Assembly (NCBI GenBank): GCA_963803435.1 | Contig: CAWDML010000001.1 | Coordinates: 2,976,001-3,040,000, forward strand | Length of the DNA stretch: 64,000 nucleotides | Direction: 5' to 3' | Source of the DNA: an uncultured delta proteobacterium | GTDB lineage: Bacteria > Myxococcota > Kuafuiibacteriia > Kuafuiibacteriales > Kuafuiibacteriaceae | Part shown: one piece after another, positions 27,524 through 36,703 of the stretch | Numbering within the stretch: the stretch's first letter is position 1 | Layout of the letters: each line of letters begins with the position of its first letter | The notes under the pieces: generated by a model | What the model saw: only the letters and a program-made list of their open reading frames with translations | Told to the model about the DNA's origin: nothing | Databases searched by the model: none | Translations under genes and position numbers: made by a program

Positions 27524-28297
27524 TCACTCTTTTTCCCAGACCGGCGGGCGTTTCTCGAGGAAAGCGCGCATGCCCTCCTTCTGGTCGGCGGTCGCAAAAA
27601 TGAGCCCGAAGACCTGCGCCTCGAAGTCACAGGCCGCGCCCAGCTCGACCTCCTCCCCCCGACGCGCCGAGCGCTTGGCGAGCGCCACCGCCGTGGGCCC
27701 GTTCTTGACGATCGCCTGCGCGATCTCGCCCACGCGCTCCCGGAGCTTCTCGGCAGGTACGACCTCGTTTACCAGCCCGATGCGGAGCGCCTCGTCGGCC
27801 TTGATCGTCGCGCCGGTGTATAGCAGCTGCCGCGCCATCGCCGGGCCGACGCGGCGTCCCAGGCGCACCGTTCCGCCGAACCCGGGGGTGACGCCAAGCG
27901 CGACCTCGGGCTGACCGAACCGCGCCCGGTCCGACGCGATGGCGAAGTCGCAGGCCAGCATCAGCTCGCAGCCCCCGCCCAGGGCGAAGCCGTTGACCTC
28001 GGCGATCACCGGCAGCGGCAGCGACTCCAGCTTCATCAGCGTTCGCTGGCCCAGCCACGCGAACTCGCTCGCCTGCACCGCGCCCAGCCCCGCCATCTCC
28101 GAGATGTCCGCGCCGGCGACGAACGACTTCTCTCCGCCGCCGGTGATCACGACGACGCGCGTCCGGCGATCGATGGCCTCGATCGCGCGATCGAGCTCGA
28201 TCATGGTGGCGCGATCGAGCGCGTTCAGGACCTTCGGGCGATCGATGACGATGCGGGTGACAGCACCTTCGGTCTCGACCTTCAAGCTCTCGTACAT
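27524..28297 (-). CDS. Enoyl-CoA hydratase/crotonase
   Basis: RPKVLNAL, FVAGADI, GFALGGGCEL, FGQPEV..PGFGG, DQKEGMRAF. Confidence 0.93.
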   Translation of the reverse strand: MYESLKVETEGAVTRIVIDRPKVLNALDRATMIELDRAIEAIDRRTRVVVITGGGEKSFVAGADISEMAGLGAVQASEFAWLGQRTLMKLESLPLPVIAEVNGFALGGGCELMLACDFAIASDRARFGQPEVALGVTPGFGGTVRLGRRVGPAMARQLLYTGATIKADEALRIGLVNEVVPAEKLRERVGEIAQAIVKNGPTAVALAKRSARRGEEVELGAACDFEAQVFGLIFATADQKEGMRAFLEKRPPVWEKE

Positions 28298-28320
28298 GGC
28301 GGCCGAGCCTAGCAGAGTCC

Positions 28321-28349
28321 TGGCCGTTATCGGCGACATGAAGTCGCCT
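28321..28349. repeat. Third copy of the REP-like palindromic repeat
   Basis: TGGCCGTTATCGGCGACATGAAGTCGCCT, 28/29 identical to 9994-10022; intergenic. Confidence 0.7.
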
Positions 28350-28355
28350 ACGCCG

Positions 28356-30740
28356 TCAATACCGGACGGTGTTGCTGATCCGGACCTCGTCGATGTCCCC
28401 GAAGAAGCGATAGATCGCCCCGCCCGCACCCTCGCGCTGGGCGCCGATCCACGCCGTCGACGACGACGCGGTCCACTGGATTGGGCCGGCGGCCTGCGCG
28501 ACCTGCACGCCATCGACGAACAGCCGCAGACCGGCCGCGGTGCTGACGGTGGCGGCCACGTGGGCCCAGGTGCCGTTGGTGAGCGCCGCCGCGGCGGTGG
28601 CGCTGGTGACCAGCCCGGCCGCGCTGCGGGTCTCGAAGAACAGCGAGCCGTCGTCGAGTGCCAAGAGGCGCACGCCCGGGCCGGGCGCGAGCGCGTCCCG
28701 ATCGCTGTAGAGGACCGCGCGCGTCCGTCCATTGAACGCCGCCCCGGCCTTGCGCACGGTCATCTCGAACGTGGCGTTGCCCGGCGCCGGCGCGCTCTTC
28801 TGCGTGTCGATCCAGCCCTCTTCGCCGGCCGTCATCGCCGCCTGGTAAGCGTTGCCGAGCGCGGTCGCCCGCGAGGTCACCTGGGCCCAGGTCCCCGAGA
28901 GGATCGCGTTCGGCGCGCCGCCGCACTCGTCGACCAGCGGTGTCGGGTTGTCGAAGGAGAACAGGCTCACGCAGCTCCCGTCCGCCAGCAGCGGCCTGAG
29001 ATAGAAGGGCTCGAAGACCGCGTTGACCGTGACGTTGCCGCTGAGCGTCAGCATGCAAGTTGGGTTGACGCCGGCGGCGGCGCAAGCCCCGCCCCACCCA
29101 CCGAAGACCGCGGTCCCCTGGGGCGCCGCCGTCAGGGTGATCTGCGCGCCTCCGGCAAAGCTGGCGTTGCAGGTGGGCGCGCAGCTGATCCCCGCCGGAT
29201 TCGAGGTGACGGCGCCGGGGCCGGTGACCGCGACCGTGACGCTGATCTGCCCCACGTCGAATTGAGCGCTGACGTCGGCGGCCGCGTCGACGGTGATCAT
29301 GCAGGTCGCGTTGACGCCGGCGGCCGCGCAGGCGCCGCCCCAGCCGGTGAAGGCGTTCGCGGCGTCAGGCATCGCGGTGAGTGTGAGCGCCGTGCCCGGC
29401 CCGAACGACGAGGTGCAGGTGCCGCCGCAGTCGATCCCGCTCGGAGTCGACACCACGCGTCCCGTACCGTTCCCCATCTTCGTCACGGTGACCGGGTACG
29501 CGACGCCGTCGAACGTCGCCGTGACGTTCTGGGCTCGGTCCATCGTCACCACACAGTCGGCCGCTCCGGTGCAGGCACCGCTCCAGCCGGAGAAGGTCGA
29601 GGCCGGCGCCGCGGTCGCGGTGAGCGTGACCACGTCCCCCTCCACGAAGTCCATGGCGCAGGTCGCGCCGCAGTCGATGCCGGCGGGCGACGAGACCACC
29701 AGACCGGCGCCCGCCCCCGCCTTGGTCACGGTGAGCGGATACGTCTGCGTGTCGAACCGCGCCCCGACGGTGCGGGCCTGGTCCATCGTCACCACGCAGG
29801 TCCCGGTACCCGAGCAGGCGCCGGACCAGCCGCCGAACGTCGAATTGTTCGCCGCCACCGGCACCGCCGTCAGCGTGACCATCTCGTCGAGCATGTAGCC
29901 GTACTCGCAGGTGCCGTGCCCGATCGAGCCGCGACCGCAGTTGATCCCCGCCGGCGCCGAGGTCACGCGCCCGCTGCCGAACCCCGACGTCTGGACCGTG
30001 AGCAGGTACCCCGTCGGATCGAACCGGGCGGCGACGGTCTTGTCTCCGTCCATCGTCACCATGCACGTGAGGTCGGTCCCGGTGCACGCGCCCGTCCATC
30101 CTCCGAAGCCCGAGAGCGCGAACGGCGTCGCCGCCAGCGTGATCGTGGTCCCCTGGGGAAAGGCGCGCTCGCACGACGGACCGCAGTTGATCCCGCCGGG
30201 CGAGGAGGTGATCCCGCCCGAGCCCGCGCCAATCGTCTGCACGGTCAACAGCTGACCCGGGACGCACTGCCCGTCGGAGCACACTTGGTCGCCCGGACAG
30301 GCGGCCGGCGTCCATTCGTTGCCGCGCGCGCCGCAGGTCTCGACCGCCTCCTCCTCGACGCCGAGCGCGCAACGCTTCGCGCCGGGGGTGCAGATCTTGA
30401 GGATCGTCAGCTCGAAGTCGAGCCGGTTCTCCTCGCGCGTCCCGACGGGGATCGCCTTGGTGGTGATCGTCTTGGTGACCGACTCGTAGCCGTCGATCGT
30501 CGCGGTCACCTGGTACCGAACCGCGACCTTGGGTCCCTCGGCGATGACGAACGCGCCGCCGGCGTCGGTCGCCACCTCCTCCGTGGCGGGCATCGTGCTG
30601 ACTCGCACCCCCTCGAGCGGATCACCGGTCTCCGTATCGATCACCTGCCCGACGATCGTCGTGTTCGTATCGACCTCCGGGTCCCCGGTGTTGCACGCCA
30701 CCAGAGCCACGAGGAGGCCGGACGCCCTCCCGATTCGCAT
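28356..30740 (-). CDS. Surface lipoprotein: carboxypeptidase-regulatory-like domain, five divergent InlB-B-type repeats, C-terminal LamG-like domain
   Basis: LVA-C lipobox; five repeats TV...G.G.V.S.P.GI.CG..C...VTLTA...F.GW.GAC..C.V.M; LamG-type WAHVAAT..LFVDG..FFGDIDEVRIS. Confidence 0.87.
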   Translation of the reverse strand: MRIGRASGLLVALVACNTGDPEVDTNTTIVGQVIDTETGDPLEGVRVSTMPATEEVATDAGGAFVIAEGPKVAVRYQVTATIDGYESVTKTITTKAIPVGTREENRLDFELTILKICTPGAKRCALGVEEEAVETCGARGNEWTPAACPGDQVCSDGQCVPGQLLTVQTIGAGSGGITSSPGGINCGPSCERAFPQGTTITLAATPFALSGFGGWTGACTGTDLTCMVTMDGDKTVAARFDPTGYLLTVQTSGFGSGRVTSAPAGINCGRGSIGHGTCEYGYMLDEMVTLTAVPVAANNSTFGGWSGACSGTGTCVVTMDQARTVGARFDTQTYPLTVTKAGAGAGLVVSSPAGIDCGATCAMDFVEGDVVTLTATAAPASTFSGWSGACTGAADCVVTMDRAQNVTATFDGVAYPVTVTKMGNGTGRVVSTPSGIDCGGTCTSSFGPGTALTLTAMPDAANAFTGWGGACAAAGVNATCMITVDAAADVSAQFDVGQISVTVAVTGPGAVTSNPAGISCAPTCNASFAGGAQITLTAAPQGTAVFGGWGGACAAAGVNPTCMLTLSGNVTVNAVFEPFYLRPLLADGSCVSLFSFDNPTPLVDECGGAPNAILSGTWAQVTSRATALGNAYQAAMTAGEEGWIDTQKSAPAPGNATFEMTVRKAGAAFNGRTRAVLYSDRDALAPGPGVRLLALDDGSLFFETRSAAGLVTSATAAAALTNGTWAHVAATVSTAAGLRLFVDGVQVAQAAGPIQWTASSSTAWIGAQREGAGGAIYRFFGDIDEVRISNTVRY

Positions 30741-30762
30741 GTCCCCCGGAGCTTAGCGGGCT

Positions 30763-31314
30763 CTACAAGACGCGCGCGAGCATCACCTCGCCATACACGC
30801 GCAGAGCCTCCAGGAATGGCTCGGATTCGTCAATCGGGAGCTCGAGACGCTCGCTCCAGGTGGGACCGGGAAGCTGCTCCTCCAGCGAGGCGAGCCGGAG
30901 GAGGCCCTCATCCATCTGGCCCAGGAGCAACAGCGCCGGCAGCCGCTGGATCTTCGACTTGCCCGCGGTCTGCACCAAATATTGGAACTGGCGGACGGTA
31001 TCGACGTGCCGATCCTGGCGCGCGTCGGCGATGTAGATCAGGCCGTCGAGCCCCACGAACAGGCCGCGCATCCGCACGTCGGCCTTCTCCAGCCCGTGCC
31101 ACTCGTAGATCTCGAGCTCGACCGGGCGGCCCTCCCGCTCCGCTTCGATCGGGAGCACGCCCATCTGCGTCGGGCCGATCACCGAGGACCCGAAGGTCTC
31201 CCGCCGTCCGGCCCGGCCGATCTGGTCCAGCCGATCGGTCTTTCCCACGGCCGGCGGTCCCGCCAGGACCACCTTCAGGATCAAGCGGTCCCGCTTCAGA
31301 TCGACGAACGCCAT
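30763..31314 (-). CDS. MglA-like small GTPase-fold protein (degenerate)
   Basis: MAFVDLKRDRLILKVVLAGPPAVGKT resembles the MglA N-terminus and P-loop; GLDGLIYIAD; G3 and G4 motifs are divergent. Confidence 0.7.
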   Translation of the reverse strand: MAFVDLKRDRLILKVVLAGPPAVGKTDRLDQIGRAGRRETFGSSVIGPTQMGVLPIEAEREGRPVELEIYEWHGLEKADVRMRGLFVGLDGLIYIADARQDRHVDTVRQFQYLVQTAGKSKIQRLPALLLLGQMDEGLLRLASLEEQLPGPTWSERLELPIDESEPFLEALRVYGEVMLARVL

Positions 31315-31323
31315 CGCGTGCGC

Positions 31324-32271
31324 TCAGGATAACCGCTTCCGCTCCACCGCGTCGATGATCTGGGCCTCGAGGTGGACACCGTCGAAGCGATTGATCTCCT
31401 GGAGACCGGTCGGGCTGGTCACGTTGATCTCCGTCAGATACCCGCCGATGACGTCGATGCCCACGAACAGCAGCCCGCGCCGGGCCAGCTCCGGTCCCAC
31501 GGCCCGGCAGATCTCCTGGTCGCGCTCGGTCAGCACCGACTTCTCGGCGGCGCCGCCGACGTGCAGGTTCGCCCGCAGGTCGCCGGCCCGGGGCCTGCGA
31601 TTGACCGCGCCGATGGGCTCGCCGTCGAGGAGGATGATGCGCTTGTCCCCTTCGTGCACCGACGCGATGAACGCCTGGGCCTCGATCATCACGCGCCCCT
31701 CGTTGGTGAGCAGATCGATCGCCGAGCCCAGGTTCATGTCGCCCCGGCCCACGCGAAGGATCCCGAAGCCGCCCGCGCCGCTGAGCGGCTTCACCACCGC
31801 ATGCTCGACCTCCTCGACGAACTGCCGCAGCCGGGCCCGATCCGCGGTCACGAGCGTCGGCGGCATCAGGTCGGGGAAGAAGAGCGCCGCCAGCTTCTCG
31901 TTGTAGTCGCGGAGCGCCGAGGGCCGGTTCACCATCACGACGCGAGAGGCGTCGACACGGTCGAGCACCAGGGTGGCGAGGAAGTAGTTGGCATCGACCG
32001 GCGGGTCCTTGCGCATGAAGACGGCGTCGACCTCGTCGAGCGCCAGCCGTACCGGTGCCCCCAGCTGGTAGTGATCGCCTCGCTGGCGGCGAACCACGAC
32101 CGGCCGCACCGTCGCGAAGGGCGCGCCCTCGGCCAGCTCGAGCGCAGTGATCTCCGCGTAGTAGACCTCGTGCCCTCGCTGGTTCGACTCGAGCATCAGC
32201 ACGAAGGTCGAATCGGCGTCGATGTTGATGCGATCGATCGGATCCATCAGGAAGACGAACTTCAGCGCCAT
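31324..32271 (-). CDS. gshB: Glutathione synthase
   Basis: FLMDP, DST, FMRKDPP, NEKL, GDKRI, RANLHVGG, EINVTSPTG. Confidence 0.96.
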   Translation of the reverse strand: MALKFVFLMDPIDRINIDADSTFVLMLESNQRGHEVYYAEITALELAEGAPFATVRPVVVRRQRGDHYQLGAPVRLALDEVDAVFMRKDPPVDANYFLATLVLDRVDASRVVMVNRPSALRDYNEKLAALFFPDLMPPTLVTADRARLRQFVEEVEHAVVKPLSGAGGFGILRVGRGDMNLGSAIDLLTNEGRVMIEAQAFIASVHEGDKRIILLDGEPIGAVNRRPRAGDLRANLHVGGAAEKSVLTERDQEICRAVGPELARRGLLFVGIDVIGGYLTEINVTSPTGLQEINRFDGVHLEAQIIDAVERKRLS

Positions 32272-32328
32272 CCCGGCGGTCTTCGGCGAACGCCCGGGCC
32301 CCGTCAAGCGACATGGTAGACTCGGACG

Positions 32329-33042
32329 ATGCTCGACGCCTGGCTCCGCAGCCTCGCTTCGGCGAAGGTCTCGATGGGCGACGTCGACGCGATCCGCGCC
32401 GAGCTGTCGGCGTGGCTGGAGCTGATCGATCGCATCCGGGACGGCGAGACCTGGGCCGAGGGAGAGCTGATGCGGCTCGTCTCCTTCCACGCCCGCAACC
32501 TGGGGGCAGATGGACACCCGGCCTCCGCAGCGCTGATGCAAGTCGCCTTGCTCGAGGACGCCCTCGAGGACGGCGGGCGGCGCGCCGACACGCGAGCCCT
32601 CACCTCGAGGATGATGCAGCTCGTCGCCGACGCCCACGAGGCCGGTCTGGCCCAGCGGCTCGCCGCCCGTCATCGCGGCGAGCTCGCGCGCTCATCCCCC
32701 GTGATCCGGATCGGCGACCGCGCGGTCGTGGGCTTCCTCTGCGGCCCACTCCACGCCGATCTCCTCGACGCCCTTTTCGGCCGGATCCTCCGGGAGTGCG
32801 TCCGCACCGGCGCGCACATCGCGGTGATCGACACGCTCGGCACGAACGCCGACGACGAGCTCTTCTATCGGACGGTAGAGGGCATGCAGCGGATGCCGCC
32901 CGGCGATCGACTGCGGATCATCCTGACCGGGCTGCCGGACCTCATGCACGCGCGAACCGGGTTGAACACCGCGGGCGCCAACCTGTCGAAGATCGCGCTG
33001 GCGGGCGACGTCAGCGAGGTCATCTCGGAGCTGGGCGCGTGA
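32329..33042 (+). CDS. RsbR-like protein with C-terminal STAS-like domain
   Basis: Helical N-terminus followed by SSPVIRI..VGFLCGPL..IAVIDTLG..IILTGL, resembling RsbR STAS. Confidence 0.6.
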   Translation: MLDAWLRSLASAKVSMGDVDAIRAELSAWLELIDRIRDGETWAEGELMRLVSFHARNLGADGHPASAALMQVALLEDALEDGGRRADTRALTSRMMQLVADAHEAGLAQRLAARHRGELARSSPVIRIGDRAVVGFLCGPLHADLLDALFGRILRECVRTGAHIAVIDTLGTNADDELFYRTVEGMQRMPPGDRLRIILTGLPDLMHARTGLNTAGANLSKIALAGDVSEVISELGA

Positions 33043-33083
33043 GCGTCGTCTTCAGACCGTGACCATCGCGCCGACGACCCGCC

Positions 33084-33540
33084 TCAATCCCGCCCGTCGA
33101 CGTAGGCGACCTGCCAGCGGCGGCCAGGCTCAGGCCGGGGGCGTTCGGCGATCGCGTGGGCCTTCAGGGTCGGCGGTCTCGGCCGGGGCAGCGCGAGCAC
33201 CGCGGCCATCTCCGGCGGGAGCACGACCTTGTACATCCGCGCCCCGACGGTGCCGTCGAGGGCGCTCGGGTTCGTGAGCCGCTGGAGCTGCGCGCCGCTC
33301 GGCGGCAGCGGGATGGGATCGTTCGGATGCGATCCCGAAGACGTCGCCGACCTCGAGGACCGGGCGGCGCACCAAATCGAAGAGCTCGAACAGCCCCGGC
33401 GCCCAGCGCGGCTGGTACCAGAGCTTGCCTTGGGGCGGCGCCGGCAGGGTCTCGCCGGCACGCAGCTGGACGACGTCGCCCATCTTCGCTGCCCGAATGC
33501 CCAAGTCCCTAAAGAATCCGCCAACTTCGTCGAGTCGCAT
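33084..33540 (-). pseudogene. Hypothetical protein split by an apparent frameshift near 33330
   Basis: MRLDEVGG..EVGDVFGI in one frame continues as HPNDPIPLPPSGAQL..AYVDGRD* in another. Each ORF looks coding-like on only one side of the junction. Confidence 0.5.
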
Positions 33541-33679
33541 GCCTGCCGGGCTTGTTATCGGCGACACAGTGGAATGTGGTGCGTGGTACGATAAATCGCG
33601 TTCACAATCCTTCGGACTTCGTCGGGGCTCTTCGCCCAGGCGCAACCTGCCCGCAATCGCCCTCGCCTACGATGGCAGC

Positions 33680-34183
33680 ATGAAGCTGAACCGAAAGATC
33701 CTTGCAGTCACCACGGGCGCCGTCCTCCTGGCCGGCGGCCTCTCCGCTGCTGCGCTCGCCGGCCCCGGCGGCCACGGCCGCTTCGCGCACCGCGGCGGTC
33801 GCATGGGGATGATGGGCGCGATGCCCGGCCTGCGCCTGCTCCACCTGGCCGAGACGCTCAACCTGAGCGACGAGCAGGAGCTGGCGGCGATCAAGATGCG
33901 CCGCGAGATCCGCGAGGAGGCCCAGCAGAACCGCCAGCAGATGGCGAGCATCTTCTCCGACGTCCTGATCGAGCTGGAGAAGCCCGAGCCCGACGCCGCG
34001 CGCCTGCACCAGATCGTCGACCAGACCAGCGCACGCATGACCAAGCTGGCACACGCCTCCGTCGACAAGTACCTCAAGTTCCAGCGCACGTTGACCCCGG
34101 AGCAGCGCCAGCAGCTGGTCGACCACGCGCGAATGATGAAGGAGCGCCGTGAGCAGTTCCGTAAGTCTGGTTTCCAAAAGTAA
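33680..34183 (+). CDS. Spy/CpxP-family periplasmic protein
   Basis: Signal peptide, G/H/M-rich segment, LNLSDEQ and LTPEQR motifs. Confidence 0.85.
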   Translation: MKLNRKILAVTTGAVLLAGGLSAAALAGPGGHGRFAHRGGRMGMMGAMPGLRLLHLAETLNLSDEQELAAIKMRREIREEAQQNRQQMASIFSDVLIELEKPEPDAARLHQIVDQTSARMTKLAHASVDKYLKFQRTLTPEQRQQLVDHARMMKERREQFRKSGFQK

Positions 34184-34199
34184 GATCGACGCGTTGCCC

Positions 34200-34889
34200 G
34201 TGCGAACGATCCTGGTCATCGACGACGACGAGCGCCTGCGTGGGCTCGTCGCCGAATACCTCGGGGGCCGCGGCTTCACGGTCGAGACCGCTGAGGACGG
34301 CGAGCGCGGGCTCGAGCTCCTTCGTTCGGGGACGATCGATCTGGTCGTCCTCGACGTGATGCTCCCGGGCCCCGACGGCTTCGAGGTGATGCGCGAGGTC
34401 CGGAAGTCCTCTCGCGTCCCGGTGATCATGCTGACCGCGCGCGGCGACGAGACCGATCGGATCGTCGGCCTCGAGATCGGGGCCGACGACTACATGCCCA
34501 AGCCCTTCAACCCGCGGGAGCTGCTCGCCCGCATCCAGGCGGTGCTGCGCCGGGTCGAGATCCCGCGGGAGGAGCCGGCGGTGCTGAGCGCCGGCCCCAT
34601 CGTGATCGACGCCGATCGCCGGACCGTCACGCTCGGGGACGAGCTGGTCGATCTCACCACCACCGAGTTCGAGATCCTGCGGACGCTGATCGCGAACGCA
34701 GGGCGCGTCATCCCGCGCGAGCGGCTGATGGAGCTCGCGCGCGGCGAGGACTTCGCCGCCTTCGAGCGCTCCGTCGACGTCCACATCAGCCACATCCGCC
34801 GCAAGCTCGGCGATGATCCGCGCCACCCGAGCTTCGTGAAGACCGTTCGGGGGATTGGGTACACGATCCCCAAGAACCCCGAAGCATGA
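34200..34889 (+). CDS. OmpR/CpxR-family response regulator
   Basis: ILVIDDD, LDVMLP, MLTARG, GADDYMPKPF, RSVDVHISHIRRKL, TVRGIGY. TTG 34194 is an alternative start. Confidence 0.95.
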   Translation: MRTILVIDDDERLRGLVAEYLGGRGFTVETAEDGERGLELLRSGTIDLVVLDVMLPGPDGFEVMREVRKSSRVPVIMLTARGDETDRIVGLEIGADDYMPKPFNPRELLARIQAVLRRVEIPREEPAVLSAGPIVIDADRRTVTLGDELVDLTTTEFEILRTLIANAGRVIPRERLMELARGEDFAAFERSVDVHISHIRRKLGDDPRHPSFVKTVRGIGYTIPKNPEA

Positions 34890-36178
34890 GCCTGCGCGTC
34901 CGCCTCACGCTGCTCCTGTCGCTGGTGGTGATGAGCAGCCTCTTCCTCGCCTGGCAGTTCACGCGCCGCGCAGTGCTGAGCCCGTTCACCGAGGAGGTCC
35001 TCGAGCATCACCTCGACGCGGTCCACTTCGTCGCCGACGAGCTCCAGGGCGGCGCCGACGCCCACCGGCTGGGCCGGCGGCTCGGCCTCAACGTCCAACG
35101 CGTGCCCGAGCCGCCGCCGTTCGTACGCCGGATCCAGCACGGCCGTGCCGGCCCGCGTTGCCAACATCGGCGCCACGACGGGATCGAGATGTACTTCTGC
35201 TTCGGACGGCGCGCACCGGTCGCGCTGCGCGCCGCGGACGGCAGCTGGATCATGGTTCGCCGCGACCTCGACGTTCAGGCCCCGGGACGGCGCATCGGCT
35301 ACGTGCTGCTGGTGATCGCGGCCGTCGTGATCGCGTTGTCGGCATGGATCGCAGTGCTGGTGATGCGGCCGCTCAAGACCTCGATCGCAGCGATGGAGCG
35401 GATCTCCGCCGGAAATCTCAGTCACCGGCTTCCCGAGACCGGCAGCCGCGAGCTTTCCGAGGTCGGTCGAGCCTTCAACTCGATGGCGGACCGGGTGGAG
35501 AAGACGCTGCGCGCCGAGAAGGAGCTGATGGCCGGGATCTCTCACGAGCTCCGCACGCCGCTCGCGCGCCTGCGCCTCGAGGTCGAGCTCCTCCGCGAGA
35601 CCGAGGTGCCGGCGAAGCGGCTCGATGCGATGGAGAACGATCTCGAGGAGACGGATCGCCTGATCGGTGAGCTGCTCGAGATGTCGCGGCTCTCCCTGGG
35701 CGAGCGTCAGATCGCGGAGGGCGAGGTCGACCTGATGCGGGTCGCCCGCGAAGCCGCCGATCGGAATCCGCTCCCGGATCACGACCTGATCGTCGAGGGC
35801 ATGGCCGAGCCGCTGGCCGGGGATCACGATCGGCTGGTGCGCGTGGTGGTGAACCTGATCCAGAACGCGGGAAAGTACGCGCCGGCGGGGACCGAGGTGC
35901 GGGTGAGGGTGGACGGGCGGAAGCTGGAGGTGCTCGACCGCGGACCCGGCGTGGCCGCCGAGGATCTCGACCGTCTCTTCGAGCCGTTCTACCGGGGCAT
36001 CCGCAACAAGTCGAAGTCCACCGGGCTCGGCCTGGGCCTCATGATCGCACAGCAGATCGTCCTGCTTCACTCGGGGAGGATCACCGCCCACAACGCCGAG
36101 GGCGGCGGCCTGGCGATCATGTTCGAGCTCCCAGAGGGAAAACTTCCAGCGGCGAGTGAATCGCACCCTCGGAGCTGA
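34886..36178 (+). CDS. HAMP sensor histidine kinase (CpxA-like)
   Basis: Two TMs, HAMP, ISHELRTPL, NLIQNA, DRGPG, FEPFY, GLGLGL. Confidence 0.94.
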   Translation: MSLRVRLTLLLSLVVMSSLFLAWQFTRRAVLSPFTEEVLEHHLDAVHFVADELQGGADAHRLGRRLGLNVQRVPEPPPFVRRIQHGRAGPRCQHRRHDGIEMYFCFGRRAPVALRAADGSWIMVRRDLDVQAPGRRIGYVLLVIAAVVIALSAWIAVLVMRPLKTSIAAMERISAGNLSHRLPETGSRELSEVGRAFNSMADRVEKTLRAEKELMAGISHELRTPLARLRLEVELLRETEVPAKRLDAMENDLEETDRLIGELLEMSRLSLGERQIAEGEVDLMRVAREAADRNPLPDHDLIVEGMAEPLAGDHDRLVRVVVNLIQNAGKYAPAGTEVRVRVDGRKLEVLDRGPGVAAEDLDRLFEPFYRGIRNKSKSTGLGLGLMIAQQIVLLHSGRITAHNAEGGGLAIMFELPEGKLPAASESHPRS

Positions 36179-36653
36179 GACGGCTCTCGACGAGTGTGAA
36201 GTCGGTGATTGAAAAAGCGCCGGACGACCAGCCAGCGTGGCGCTCGAGAAAGCGCCTGACCATCACGGGCGGGCTGTTCTTGAGCCTCGCAAGCGTCAGG
36301 TGGGCCGTGAACGGGTGATCTGCCGGCGTCAATCCGACTTGCACCGCGGCGCGATCGATCAGCTCGGCCAAGCCGTCAATCTCGCGCTCCGGTCGGAGCC
36401 CGCACCACAGGACGCGCGGTGGATGTCCGAAGGTGCCCACACCCTCGACCTGGAGCGAAAACGCCGCCACGGTGATCTTGCGCAAGGCGGGGCGGAGGAT
36501 CGCGACTGTGTCCTCGTCGACCTCTCCGAGAAAACGGAGCGTCACGTGGAGCTGTTCCGAGGCCACCCACCGCACCCGCGGGATCTCGGAGCGCAGCGCT
36601 GCCAATGAAGCCCGTATCTCGTGCGGCAGTGTGACCGCTACAAACAGCCTCAC
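36117..36653 (-). CDS. thpR: RNA 2',3'-cyclic phosphodiesterase (2H family)
   Basis: RLFVAV, HVTLRFLG, HLTLAR, LVESRL. Confidence 0.92.
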   Translation of the reverse strand: MRLFVAVTLPHEIRASLAALRSEIPRVRWVASEQLHVTLRFLGEVDEDTVAILRPALRKITVAAFSLQVEGVGTFGHPPRVLWCGLRPEREIDGLAELIDRAAVQVGLTPADHPFTAHLTLARLKNSPPVMVRRFLERHAGWSSGAFSITDFTLVESRLSSEGAIHSPLEVFPLGART

Positions 36654-36703
36654 AGTGCCACGCTAGCCTACGCCGGCCGACCTGCGATAGCTTTCCATCC
36701 CTG

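Noticed and set aside
28960-30260. Repeated DNA blocks of about 230 nt
   Set aside because: Explained by the five InlB-B-type protein repeats.
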